This document shows, one piece after another, positions 21,118 through 30,694 of a stretch of DNA of 64,000 nt. The position numbers and the translations under genes are program-made. Within the stretch, counting starts at the first letter, position 1. Every line of letters starts with the position of its first letter. Source of the stretch: Polyangiales bacterium (GTDB taxonomy: Bacteria; Myxococcota_A; Polyangia; Polyangiales; JADJQN01); assembly GCA_964202905.1 (NCBI GenBank), contig CAXNJO010000001.1, positions 949,584-1,013,583 of the forward strand, read 5' to 3'. A model generated the notes under the pieces. That model ran no database searches. It worked only from the letters and a program-made list of their open reading frames with translations, and was not told where the DNA came from.

Positions 21118-21915
21118 ATGGGCTTCTTCGGGCGACTCGCGCAGCTGATCAAGAGCAACCTGAACGACCTCATCAACCGGGCCGAGGACCCGGAGAAGAT
21201 GCTCGTTCAGGTCATCGTCGAGATGAACACGCAGCTCGTCGAGGCGAAGAAGCAGGTCGCCGTCGCGATCGCAGACGAGAAGCGATTGCAGAAGCAATAC
21301 GAGAGCGAAAAGGCCCTCGCCGACGAGTGGGAGAAGAAGGCGATGCTCGCGGTGCGCGCCGGTGACGACGCGCTCGCGAAGGAGGCGCTGCTCCGCAAGA
21401 AGGAGCACGCCGGTCTCGCCGCGACCTTCAAGGATCAGTGGGAGAAGCAGCTCGCGGCGGTCAACCAGCTGAAGACTGCGCTCCGCGCCCTCAATGCGAA
21501 GATCGAAGAGGCCAAGCGCAAGAAGAACGTGCTCATCGCGCGCAAGCGCCGCGCCGAGGCGATGAAGCAAATCCACGAGACCATGAGCGGTCTCCACGAT
21601 CAGAGCGCCTTCGAGACGTTCGATCGGATGGCGCAGAAGATCGACCAGATCGAGGCCGAGGCCGAGGCGGGCGCGGAGCTGAGCGAGGAGTACTCGGGCG
21701 ACCTGCTCAAGTCGAAGTTCAGCCAGCTCGAGGCGACCAGCGGCGCGGATCTCGACCTCGAGGCGCTCAAGCGGAAGATGGGCGTGCTGCCGCCTGCGGA
21801 GTCCGCGGTGCCCACGCGGGTCGAGGCGGTCGAGGAGGCCGAGCCGAGCGCGGAGGAGCTCGCGGAGCTCGACGCCGCGCTCGAGGCGCTCAAGCAGCGC
21901 GAGGCGCGCGGGTAG
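21118..21915 (+). CDS. pspA: PspA/IM30 (bacterial ESCRT-III) family protein
   Basis: MGFFGRLAQLIKSNLNDLINRAEDPEKML..., coiled coil, AFETFDRMAQKI; AAGGAG RBS. Confidence 0.95.
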   Translation: MGFFGRLAQLIKSNLNDLINRAEDPEKMLVQVIVEMNTQLVEAKKQVAVAIADEKRLQKQYESEKALADEWEKKAMLAVRAGDDALAKEALLRKKEHAGLAATFKDQWEKQLAAVNQLKTALRALNAKIEEAKRKKNVLIARKRRAEAMKQIHETMSGLHDQSAFETFDRMAQKIDQIEAEAEAGAELSEEYSGDLLKSKFSQLEATSGADLDLEALKRKMGVLPPAESAVPTRVEAVEEAEPSAEELAELDAALEALKQREARG

Positions 21916-22050
21916 GGTCGCGCCCAGCGTGGCGTGCCGGTAGGGCCGCGGCCAGCGAGGCGCGCGGGCAGGGCGGGGGGGCGCGCCGCGTTCCTTGACC
22001 GGCGGGATCCGCATGCCCAAGATCCGCGCGCTTCTGGAGGAGCCGACCCG

Positions 22051-22353
22051 ATGCCGACCTACGAGTACGTGTGCGAGGCGTGTCACCACGCGTGGGAGTT
22101 CGAGCAGCGGATGATCGAGGACCCCGTCAAGAAGTGCCCGAAGTGCAAGAAGCTGAAGGCGCAACGGGTCATCGCGGGGGCGAGCAACTTCATCCTCAAG
22201 GGAGGCGGCTGGTACTCGGACCTCTACAGCTCGACGCCGAAGAGCAAGACGTCGGGTGACTCGGGCAGCGCGAGCAGCACCAGCACCGCGTCGGAGTCGA
22301 AACCCGCGTCGAGCGCCGCGCCCGCGAAGAAGTCGGGCGACGCGTCCGACTAG
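22051..22353 (+). CDS. FmdB-family zinc-ribbon protein
   Basis: MPTYEYVCEAC...CPKC...FILKGGGWYSDLY plus Ser-rich tail; GGAGG RBS. Confidence 0.92.
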   Translation: MPTYEYVCEACHHAWEFEQRMIEDPVKKCPKCKKLKAQRVIAGASNFILKGGGWYSDLYSSTPKSKTSGDSGSASSTSTASESKPASSAAPAKKSGDASD

Positions 22354-22445
22354 CCGCGACGGGGCGCGTGACGCGCGCGCAGACGGGCTCGAGGGGCCCG
22401 CAGCGAACGGCATCACGCGCCAACCCGCGGGGGGCCGTCGGGCGC

Positions 22446-24836
22446 TCAGGCGGGCTGCAGGAAGCTCGCGACGATCTGCTTCACGCCCCAGCCCGGGAAG
22501 GCGACGGTGACCTTCGCGGGTTGGCCGCCGCTCAGCGCCTGCACCTTGCCTGCCCCGTATTTGGCGTGGGTGACGGCCATGCCGATGTGGAAGGTGCCGC
22601 CCTCGTCGGCGTGCACGTCGCCCTCGCTCACGTCGACGTAGCTGCCGCCACGCGCGGCGGTGTTCGGTGGGGTCGCGCGTCCTGCGCCGGCTGAGGTGGC
22701 GCGGGCACCCTCGCCGCCGAAGCTCCCGCGCGCGCGCGCGCCCTGGCCGGAGCGGCCGAACGCGGGCGACTCGCGCCCGGCCTGCGGGTGCGCCCAGGGA
22801 CGGTCGTCGTCCGCGGGTGCGCTGCCCCACGCGGAGCCGCCGTACGAGGCGTTGCCGTACGAGCTGCCGCCGTACGCGCTGCCACCCGCGTACGAGGGGC
22901 CGCGCGGGGTCGCGGTCGCGATCTCGCGGATGTCGTCCCGCGGGAGCTCGTCGAGGAAGCGCGAGCGCGGGTTCATGCGCGGTTGCCCGAACACACGGCG
23001 CATCGGCGCCCAGCCGAGGATGAGCTTCTCCCGCGCGCGCGTGAAGGCGACGTAGGCGAGGCGGCGCTCTTCCTCGAGCTCTTCGGGGTCGTCCTCGGCG
23101 TCGAGGCCGCGGTACGGGAACATCTGCTCTTCGAGCCCGGCGACGAGCACGACGGGGAACTCGAGTCCCTTCGCGGCGTGCACGGTCATGAGCGTGAGTT
23201 TGTCGCCGGGGCCCGTCTCGTCGGCGGAGGTCTGCAGCGTCACGAGCTCGAGGAAGGCCGTGAGCGTCGGGGTCTCGGCCTCCTGCTCGAACTCCTCCAT
23301 CGAGCCGAGGAGCTCGCGGAGGTTCTCGAGGCGCGCGTCGGCCTCGGGCGTGTCGTCCTCCTTCAGCGCCTTTTCGTACTGCGTCTCCGTGAGCACGGCG
23401 CGCGCGAGCCCCGCGGGTCCCTCGCCTGTCCCGGCGCGCTGACGCAGCCCCTCGACGAGCGCGAGGAAGGCGCCGAGCCGCTTCGAGGTCGCGCCGAGCG
23501 CGTTGGCGCGGACGGCCTCGTGCATCGCGGACCAGATGCTCTCGCCGTGTCGTGCCGCGATCTCCATCACCTTGTCGAGGCTCGTCTTGCCGATGCCACG
23601 GGCGGGCACGTTCACGATGCGCAACAGGCTCACGTCGTCGTCGACGTTCGAGACCACGCGCAGGTACGCGAGGAGGTCCTTCACCTCGGCGCGGTCGTAG
23701 AAGCGTACGCCGCCGATCACCTGATACGCGACGTTCGCGGCCCGGAGCGCCTCCTCGAACACGCGCGATTGCGCGTGGATCCGATAGAAAATGGCCATCT
23801 CCGTGAGAGATCGGCCGCTGCGGACGAGCTCCTTCGCGGTCTCGGCGGCGAGGCGCGCCTCGTCGCGCTCGTCCGCGCATTTGACGACGAGGACGGGGCC
23901 GCCCTCGTCGTTGTCCGTCCAGATCGTCTTCGGCTCGCGGTCGACGTTGCGCGAGACGACGGCGTGCGCGGCGCGGAGGATGCGCTTGGTCGAGCGGTAG
24001 TTCTGCTCGAGCTTGACGAGGTGCGCGTCGGGGAAGCTCTTGCGGAAATCGAGGATGTTGCGGCGATCCGCGCCCCGCCAGCGGTAGATGGCCTGGTCGT
24101 CGTCGCCGACGACGGTGAGGTTGCGGTGCACCTCGGACACGAGCTGCACGAAGCGCAGTTGCACGTGGTTGGTGTCCTGGAACTCGTCGACGAGGACGTG
24201 CAGGAAGCGCGACGCGAGCTCGTCGTGGAGCGCCTTCGACTGCTCGGCGGCGACGACGACGCGGTAGAGCAGATCGCCGAAGTCGAGCGCCCCCGCGGCG
24301 CCCATCCGCGCCTCGTAGGTCGCGTAGATCTTCTGGACCGTCTCGGAATACGCGTCGTTCGAGGGGAGGGCGTCGGGCGCGACGACCTCCTGCTTCGCGC
24401 GGTTGATGATGCCCGCGACCTTCTTCGGGTCGTAGCGCTTGTCGTCGAGCGAGAGGTCCGAGAGGACGCGGCCGATCATCGCGCGCTGATCGCCGTCGTC
24501 GTAGATGACGAAGTCGCGGCGCACGCCCGCGAGCTCGGCGTATTTGCGCAGGATGCGCGCGCAGATCGCGTGGAAGGTGCCGACCCAGACGTCGCTCCCG
24601 CCCGCGGGGACGAGGTGGGCGAGGCGCTCGCGCATCTCGCCGGCGGCCTTGTTCGTGAAGGTGACGGCGAGCACGCGCCACGGCGCGACGCCGCGCGCCT
24701 CGAGCAGGTGCGCGATGCGGTAGGTGATGACGCGCGTCTTGCCGGAGCCCGCGCCCGCGAACACGACGAGCGGCCCGTCGGCGTGCAGGACGGCTTCGCG
24801 CTGGGGCTCGTTGAGCGTATCGAGTCGGAGCGTCAC
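22446..24836 (-). CDS. uvrD: ATP-dependent DNA helicase PcrA/UvrD
   Basis: AGAGSGKTRV, TFTNKAAGEM, DEFQDTN, VGDDDQAIYRWRGA, LEQNYRST, MTVHAAKGLEF, EERRLAYVAFTRA; C-terminal Tudor-like HAKYGAG. Confidence 0.96.
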   Translation of the reverse strand: MTLRLDTLNEPQREAVLHADGPLVVFAGAGSGKTRVITYRIAHLLEARGVAPWRVLAVTFTNKAAGEMRERLAHLVPAGGSDVWVGTFHAICARILRKYAELAGVRRDFVIYDDGDQRAMIGRVLSDLSLDDKRYDPKKVAGIINRAKQEVVAPDALPSNDAYSETVQKIYATYEARMGAAGALDFGDLLYRVVVAAEQSKALHDELASRFLHVLVDEFQDTNHVQLRFVQLVSEVHRNLTVVGDDDQAIYRWRGADRRNILDFRKSFPDAHLVKLEQNYRSTKRILRAAHAVVSRNVDREPKTIWTDNDEGGPVLVVKCADERDEARLAAETAKELVRSGRSLTEMAIFYRIHAQSRVFEEALRAANVAYQVIGGVRFYDRAEVKDLLAYLRVVSNVDDDVSLLRIVNVPARGIGKTSLDKVMEIAARHGESIWSAMHEAVRANALGATSKRLGAFLALVEGLRQRAGTGEGPAGLARAVLTETQYEKALKEDDTPEADARLENLRELLGSMEEFEQEAETPTLTAFLELVTLQTSADETGPGDKLTLMTVHAAKGLEFPVVLVAGLEEQMFPYRGLDAEDDPEELEEERRLAYVAFTRAREKLILGWAPMRRVFGQPRMNPRSRFLDELPRDDIREIATATPRGPSYAGGSAYGGSSYGNASYGGSAWGSAPADDDRPWAHPQAGRESPAFGRSGQGARARGSFGGEGARATSAGAGRATPPNTAARGGSYVDVSEGDVHADEGGTFHIGMAVTHAKYGAGKVQALSGGQPAKVTVAFPGWGVKQIVASFLQPA

Positions 24837-24903
24837 GGCCCGCACCCTACCGTCGCGCGCGATCGCCGGCCAGCGTCGCGCGCGTGGGCAGTTGACCGCA
24901 CCC

Positions 24904-26238
24904 GTGGATTCCTCTACGCGTCGCCGGCGAACCGTGTCCGCCGTCCGCCGCCCCACCCTCACTCGTGTGCTCGTCCTCGGTGCGCTCTGGGGCGGTGCGC
25001 TCACGGCCACCGTCTTCTTGTGGCTCGGTCGGCGCGAGGCGGAGGGCCCGCCCACCACGCTCGTCGATGCGCGCGGCACGCCCATCCACACGCCCGACGG
25101 GCCACGCGCCGCGCCGCGGACCTCGCGCGCGTCGCGTGTCGCGACGCCGCCGGCCGCCGAGCCGCGTGGCTTTCGCGGCGATCGCCGCCACACCGGGCGC
25201 AGCCCACACCGGGGTCCCGCGTCGGCGGAGTTGCGCTGGCGCTTCGTCACCGAGAACCCCGACCACCACGACGACCCGGCGATCAGCGCGCAGCCCGTCC
25301 TCGCGGCGGACGGCACGATCTACGTCGGCGCGCACGATCACTACTTCTACGCGCTCACGCCGGACGGCGCGCTCCGCTGGAAGCGCGATCTCGGCGATCG
25401 CGTCTGGGCGACCGCCTTCGTCGACGACGCGGGGAACGTGTACGTCGGGTCCGACGCGGACTTCCTCTACGCGCTCTCGCCGACCGGCGCGCTCCTCTGG
25501 AAGTTGCCGACCGAGGGCGACGTGGACACCGCGGTCGCGCAGGCGCCCGACGGCACGCTGCGTGTCGCCGCGGGCAGCGATCTCTGGGCGGTGCGGACGA
25601 ACGGCACCGTGCTCTGGCGGTTCCGCGCGCGCGCGAAGATCTATGCGGCCCCCGCGATCGACGAGGACGGCACGACCTACGTCAGCGCGCAGGACGACCA
25701 CGTCTATGCCATCTCGGAAGATGGTGTGATGCGCTGGTCGTTCCGCGCGGGCAAAGACGTGGATGGAGGCCCGGCGGTCGGCGACGACGGCACCGTGTAC
25801 GTCGGCGGCGACGATGGGAAGGTCGTCGCGCTCGACGCGCGGGGGCGTCCGCGGTGGACGACCTCCGTGGGCGGCTACGTGCGCGCGCCCGTCGGGCTCG
25901 GCCTCGATGGCAGCGTGCTCGTCGGCACCTTCGGCCCGCGCCCGCGTATCGTGGCGCTCGACGGCGCGACGGGCGCCGAGCGCTGGTATTTCCCCGTGAC
26001 GATCGCGGACTCGGCGGAGGTCGGCATCTCGTCGGCGCCGCTCATCGACCGCGACGGGAACGTGTACTGCGGCGCGCACGACGACTTCCTCTACGCGATC
26101 GACGCCGAGGGGCGGCTCCGCTGGGTGCTCGAGACGGGTGGCGACGTCGACTCGGCGCCCGTGCTCGGTCCGGACGGGACGCTCTACGTCGGCTCCGACG
26201 ACGGCGTCCTCTACGCGGTCGGGGGCGGGGCGACCTGA
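24904..26238 (+). CDS. PQQ-like beta-propeller repeat protein with N-terminal TM
   Basis: Repeats of PxIxxDGTxYVGSDDxxLYAxxxDGxLRW; FRGDRRHTGRS. Start uncertain. Confidence 0.88.
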   Translation: MDSSTRRRRTVSAVRRPTLTRVLVLGALWGGALTATVFLWLGRREAEGPPTTLVDARGTPIHTPDGPRAAPRTSRASRVATPPAAEPRGFRGDRRHTGRSPHRGPASAELRWRFVTENPDHHDDPAISAQPVLAADGTIYVGAHDHYFYALTPDGALRWKRDLGDRVWATAFVDDAGNVYVGSDADFLYALSPTGALLWKLPTEGDVDTAVAQAPDGTLRVAAGSDLWAVRTNGTVLWRFRARAKIYAAPAIDEDGTTYVSAQDDHVYAISEDGVMRWSFRAGKDVDGGPAVGDDGTVYVGGDDGKVVALDARGRPRWTTSVGGYVRAPVGLGLDGSVLVGTFGPRPRIVALDGATGAERWYFPVTIADSAEVGISSAPLIDRDGNVYCGAHDDFLYAIDAEGRLRWVLETGGDVDSAPVLGPDGTLYVGSDDGVLYAVGGGAT

Positions 26239-26261
26239 CGGCGCGCCCCGCGTGCGGCTTC

Positions 26262-26290
26262 TTGCTCGGCCGCGGGCCGGTTCCTATAAT
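26262..26290 (+). promoter_or_regulatory. Putative sigma70 promoter
   Basis: TTGCTC, 17-nt spacer, perfect TATAAT, 23 nt before ATG 26314. Confidence 0.55.
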
Positions 26291-26313
26291 CAGCGCTCGC
26301 TCTCGGGAGACTC

Positions 26314-27198
26314 ATGCGCGTGCGCCTCGGCTTAGTCCTCATCGCCTCGGCGCTCCTCGGCGCGGGCTGCAGTTCCACGGGCGAGGACCCGACGGCCGCC
26401 TCGTTCGCGGCGCGTGCGGGCTCGCTCGGCATCCTGCAGGTCGAGCAGTCGGGCGCGGGGAGTATCTCGGCGGATGCGCCGCCGGCCCAGCTCGGGGCGG
26501 CTTTCGCGCGGTATCAGGGCCTCTCGGGCGATGCGGTGGTCGGGCTGCTCGGCGGACGTCCGGCGGGTGGCCTCGACGCGTGCGGCGCGGCGGGGACGGC
26601 GCCAGAGACGCTCGGCGCGGCCGACGCGAGCGTCGAGCTCCTCGACGTCGGTGTGATCTCCGTCCGCGTGCGCGACGCGGAGGCGCGGCTCGTCCCGCGG
26701 ACGTTCCCCGAGCTCGCGCGGGTGGCTGCGGGCTTCTTCTATGCGGGCGACGCGGCGCTCGGCACGGTGCGCGCCGATCTCGACGTCTACACGTTCCGCG
26801 CCGAGGGCAGCGCGGAGCTGCCGGGCTTCGAGGTGGCGGTGCCCGCGCCCGGCGAGCTGCTCGAGGTGCGCGTCGATGGCGTCCCCGTGCACGAGGGCGC
26901 CGAGGCAGCGGGCGCCCTCATCACGCGCGACCACGACCTCGAGCTCGCTTGGGAGGGGCTCGACCCGCGCGACCAGGTGGAGATCGAGCTCGTGTCCGAG
27001 GGCGCTTCGGTGATCTGCCGCGCCCGTGACGACGGGGGATTCCGCGTGCCGGCCGCGGCGCTCGCACCGCTCGCCGCGGATGCGGGGGCGCGCCTCGTGA
27101 TGCGCCGCGTGCGCGTGCAGCCCTTCGACGCCGCAGGCGTCGACGCCGCCTACGTTCGCGTGGCCTCGACACGTGTGTTCGACGCGATCGTGCGCTGA
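26314..27198 (+). CDS. Hypothetical lipoprotein
   Basis: Lipobox LLGAGC; beta-rich mature region; GC3-rich codons. Confidence 0.8.
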   Translation: MRVRLGLVLIASALLGAGCSSTGEDPTAASFAARAGSLGILQVEQSGAGSISADAPPAQLGAAFARYQGLSGDAVVGLLGGRPAGGLDACGAAGTAPETLGAADASVELLDVGVISVRVRDAEARLVPRTFPELARVAAGFFYAGDAALGTVRADLDVYTFRAEGSAELPGFEVAVPAPGELLEVRVDGVPVHEGAEAAGALITRDHDLELAWEGLDPRDQVEIELVSEGASVICRARDDGGFRVPAAALAPLAADAGARLVMRRVRVQPFDAAGVDAAYVRVASTRVFDAIVR

Positions 27199-27200
27199 GA

Positions 27201-27335
27201 CGCGCTGCGCCGCGTGCGCTCAGCCCGGCGCGCTGCGCCGCGTGCGCTCAGCCCGGCGCGCTGCGCCGCGTGCGCTCAGCCCGGCGCGCTGCGCCGCGTG
27301 CGCTCAGCCCGGCGCGCTGCGCCGCGTGCGCTCAG
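27201..27335. repeat. Perfect 28-bp tandem repeat, about 4.8 copies
   Basis: Unit cgcgctgcgccgcgtgcgctcagcccgg starting at 27201, 27229, 27257, 27285 and 27313 (partial); no spacers. Confidence 0.95.
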
Positions 27336-27377
27336 TGCTGTGCGTCGCGTCCGATCACTCCCGCTCCCCGCGCCCGG

Positions 27378-29060
27378 TCACTTCTTCTTCGAGCCGAAGA
27401 GCCCTTTGAAGATCTCGCCGAGGTCGCGTTGCGCGAGCGGTTTTGGCGGCTCCGGGGCCGCGGGCAGCGCTGACGCGTCGCCGGATGCCGGGGATGCATT
27501 CTTCGGCTGACCGTGCTTCTTGATGCGCATCTCAGCGAGCCGGACCTCGCGCTGCGCATCGACGTTCTTCGGGTTGAGCTCGATGGCGCGGCGGAAGGCT
27601 TTCACCGCGTCGGCCTCGCGGCCGAGGCGGCGCAGGATCGCGCCGCGGTAGAAGTGCGCGCGGTCGTGCTTGTCGTGGAGTTTCAGCGCGTGGTCGACGA
27701 GCGCGAGCATCTCGTCGAGGGGGGCGCCTTCGTCCGGGTTCCGCTCGAAGAGGACCCACGCGACGAGCGCGTGGTAGTCGGCTTGGCCCGGGTCCAGCTG
27801 CAAGGCCAGGCGCGCGTGGCGCTCCGCAGCGGCGAGGTCGCTCCTGCGGAGCACTTCGGCCTTCTGGAACTCGACCGTCGCCTCGATCGTCTGCTCGAGC
27901 TTGCGCTGCGCGGCCGGGGTCCCGCCGCCCTCGCGCGCGATCTGCGCGTATTGGGCGCGCCGCGCGTCATCCGTCAGCATCTCGTGGGCCTCGGTGAGGA
28001 GGCCGAAGAGCCGCTGCGCGTCCGGCAGGAGCGGCGCGAGCGGGGGCGGAAGGCGGTCCGGGTGCACCTGCTTGATCAGCTCGAAGTAGGCGTCGCGCAC
28101 GGCACCTGCCGTCGCTTGCGGGTCGACTCCGAGCATCTCGAAGTAGGTCTGCTCGTCGAGTTTCGTCAGGCGGTTGACGAGGTCGCCCCAGAGCGTGCGG
28201 TGCTCCGGGGAGAGGTCGTCGGGCGCGGCCGGGGGGGGCGCGCTCAACGATCGCGCGCTCTTCGGCGTGAGGGGGGCGCCGGGCAGCGAGGCGACCGCGG
28301 GGGGCAGGCTCACGGCCGCGCCCGCACGCTCGGGTCTGGTCGATGTCTCCGCCGCGGGCGAGGTGCGACTGCGCGCGTCGGCGCTCGCCTGGGCGACGGC
28401 CTGCGAGATCTGCGCCCCGCTCCGCTCGCCCGTCCGCGGTGCCGTGCTCGCCGTGAGCCGCGTGACGTCGAAGATCTCGATCATCTTCGTGATCGTGAGC
28501 AGGTACAGCAGCTTCCGTGCGGGGCGCGGCTCGAGGCCGCTCTGTTCGATCAGCGTGACCGTCGAGGCCGGGCCCGCGAGCAGGACGTCGACGATCACTT
28601 GCTCGCGCGGGAGCAGCTCGAGCACGCGGATGTCGGCGCCCGCGCGGAGCCGCAACGACGCGCCGATCAGCCGGCCCAGCACGGCCTCGACGAGCTCGTC
28701 TCGCACCGGGCCGCGCGTCGAGGCGGCGACCAGCGCGAGGTCGGAGACGGTCGCGGGCTGCACGAGCTCGCCGTCGCCCACGTAGTCGGCGTCGGGGTAG
28801 AAGATGAACGGACCGTCGACGCGCTGAAAGAGCGGCAGCAGGCCGCGCTCGAGCGTGGACGAGCCCTCCACGATCCGGCCCGTCTTGCGTACGCCGCCCG
28901 CGAAAAAAAGCCGGTCCGCGAGATCGCGCGTGTCGCCGAGCACGACCGGGTCGTCGCTCGTCCCCGCGGGCCACATAGCGAGCGTGCCGCTCAGCCCGTG
29001 CTCCCGGATGTAGAGGATGAGGTGCGCGAAAGGCGTCCGCGCGAGGTTCCCCGTGATCAC
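27378..29060 (-). CDS. J-domain (DnaJ) + TPR protein with N-terminal DUF4388-like region
   Basis: YFEMLGV...QVHPDRL...LTEAHEML (J-domain with HPD); TPRs AHFYRGAILRRLG...AIELNPKN. Start uncertain. Confidence 0.85.
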   Translation of the reverse strand: MITGNLARTPFAHLILYIREHGLSGTLAMWPAGTSDDPVVLGDTRDLADRLFFAGGVRKTGRIVEGSSTLERGLLPLFQRVDGPFIFYPDADYVGDGELVQPATVSDLALVAASTRGPVRDELVEAVLGRLIGASLRLRAGADIRVLELLPREQVIVDVLLAGPASTVTLIEQSGLEPRPARKLLYLLTITKMIEIFDVTRLTASTAPRTGERSGAQISQAVAQASADARSRTSPAAETSTRPERAGAAVSLPPAVASLPGAPLTPKSARSLSAPPPAAPDDLSPEHRTLWGDLVNRLTKLDEQTYFEMLGVDPQATAGAVRDAYFELIKQVHPDRLPPPLAPLLPDAQRLFGLLTEAHEMLTDDARRAQYAQIAREGGGTPAAQRKLEQTIEATVEFQKAEVLRRSDLAAAERHARLALQLDPGQADYHALVAWVLFERNPDEGAPLDEMLALVDHALKLHDKHDRAHFYRGAILRRLGREADAVKAFRRAIELNPKNVDAQREVRLAEMRIKKHGQPKNASPASGDASALPAAPEPPKPLAQRDLGEIFKGLFGSKKK

Positions 29061-29127
29061 GGGGTGGAGTGTCGCACGCCCACGTCGCGCCCGGGAAGGG
29101 TGCAATCTGCCGCAGCGCGCGACCGGC

Positions 29128-30621
29128 TCACGGGATGCGCCAGCTCGTCGCGCCCGTGCCGTCCATCAGCTCGACGCCGAGCTCGGTCAGCTCGTCACGG
29201 AGCCCGTCCGCGCGGGCGAAATCCTTCGCGGCGCGCGCGTCCAGGCGCGCCTGGATCTTCGCCTCGACGTCCTGCTCCGAGAGGCCGCGCTTCGCGGCGC
29301 GGCGGGCCCGCAGCCGCAGCTGGAACGCGCGGGGCTCCTCGCCCGCGACGCCGAGGAGCGCCGCGACGTGCGCGAGGGCGCGCTCGGCCGCCTGCACCGC
29401 GGCGCGCGGGGCGGTGCCCTTCTTGCGGAGGGCGCGGTCGACCAGCTCGTTGACGGTCCGCGCGACCTCGAGCACGCGCGCGGCCGCGACGGCGAAGTTG
29501 AGGTCGTCGTCGAGCGCCGCGGCGAGCGCCTCGCGGAAACCGGTGAGCTCCGGCGGGACGTCGCCGCCCTCGACGAGGCGCTCCGCGGGGATCGCCGCGA
29601 GCCGCTCGCGCGTCGCGTAGAGGTACTCGACGCGACGCTCGCACTCCTCGAGCTGAGGAAAGCCCGTCGTCTTGCCCGCTTCGTCCATCGTCCACTCGAG
29701 CGCGAGCGGAGAGCGGTACTGCGTCGAGAGCACGAACCAGCGCGCGGCCTCGGGCTCCACGAACGCGGTGATGTCGCGCAGCGTGAAGAAGTTGCCGAGG
29801 CTCTTCGACATCTTCTCCTTGTTGACCTCGATGAAGCCGTGGTGAATCCAGTGCGCCGCGTAGGGCTTGCCCGTCGCGGCCTCGCTCTGCGCGATCTCGT
29901 TCTCGTGGTGGGGGAAGACGAGATCGAGGCCGCCCGCGTGCAGGTCGAACGTCTCGCCGAGGTGCTTCATCGCCATCGCGGAGCACTCGATGTGCCAGCC
30001 CGGCACGCCATGGCCCCACGGGCTCTCCCAGCCCTGCTCGCCCGGCTCGGCCCGCTTCCACAGCGCGAAGTCTGCGGGGTGCTCCTTGCGGGCCTCCTCC
30101 TCGCTCGAGGTGCGGCCGCTCGCGCCCATCGTGAGGTCCCCGACCTTGCGGTGCGAGAGCTTGCCGTACTCGGGGAAGGACGCGACGCGGAAGTAGACGT
30201 CGCCCTCGACCGCGTAGGCCTTGCCCTTCGCGACGAGGTCCGCGATGAGCGCGCGGATCTCGGGGATGTGCTCCGTGACGTGCGGCTCGACGTCGGGCGC
30301 GCGGACGCCGAGGCGCGCGTAGTCTTCCTGCCAGACGGCCTCGATGCGGCGCGCGTAGGCGAGCGGGTCCTCGCCGTGCGCCTTGGCCTTCGCGAGGATG
30401 CTGTCGTTCACGTCGGTGACGTTGCGGACGAAGGTCACGCGGTAGCCGCGGTCGCGCAGGTGCCGCACGAGCACGTCGTAGATGCAGTACGCGCGCACAT
30501 GACCGAGGTGCATCGTGTCCTGCACGGTCGGACCGCAGACGTAGAGGCGCGCGTGGCCCGGCTCGGCGGTCTGGAAGACGCGGCGCTCGCCGGTGAGCGT
30601 GTCGTGGAGCAGTAGCGGCAT
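29128..30621 (-). CDS. cysS: Cysteine--tRNA ligase
   Basis: YVCGPTV, HLGH, DFALWK, PGWHIECSAM, DLVFPHHENEIAQSE, KMSKSLGN. Confidence 0.97.
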   Translation of the reverse strand: MPLLLHDTLTGERRVFQTAEPGHARLYVCGPTVQDTMHLGHVRAYCIYDVLVRHLRDRGYRVTFVRNVTDVNDSILAKAKAHGEDPLAYARRIEAVWQEDYARLGVRAPDVEPHVTEHIPEIRALIADLVAKGKAYAVEGDVYFRVASFPEYGKLSHRKVGDLTMGASGRTSSEEEARKEHPADFALWKRAEPGEQGWESPWGHGVPGWHIECSAMAMKHLGETFDLHAGGLDLVFPHHENEIAQSEAATGKPYAAHWIHHGFIEVNKEKMSKSLGNFFTLRDITAFVEPEAARWFVLSTQYRSPLALEWTMDEAGKTTGFPQLEECERRVEYLYATRERLAAIPAERLVEGGDVPPELTGFREALAAALDDDLNFAVAAARVLEVARTVNELVDRALRKKGTAPRAAVQAAERALAHVAALLGVAGEEPRAFQLRLRARRAAKRGLSEQDVEAKIQARLDARAAKDFARADGLRDELTELGVELMDGTGATSWRIP

Positions 30622-30694
30622 GGCGGCCGCGATCTAGCACGAAAGCCTCGCCCGGCGCGGTGTGCCGCGCGGCGCGCGCGTGGGTGCGCGTGCC

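Noticed and set aside
22788..27029. 1413-aa ORF and other very long ORFs (17324-20620, 21043-24681, 30695-34204, 51595-53658)
   Set aside because: Antisense or off-frame shadows of real genes in high-GC DNA; Arg/Ala/Gly-rich with no motifs.
27201..27335. CRISPR array
   Set aside because: 28-bp units are directly adjacent with no unique spacers, and there are no cas genes in the window.
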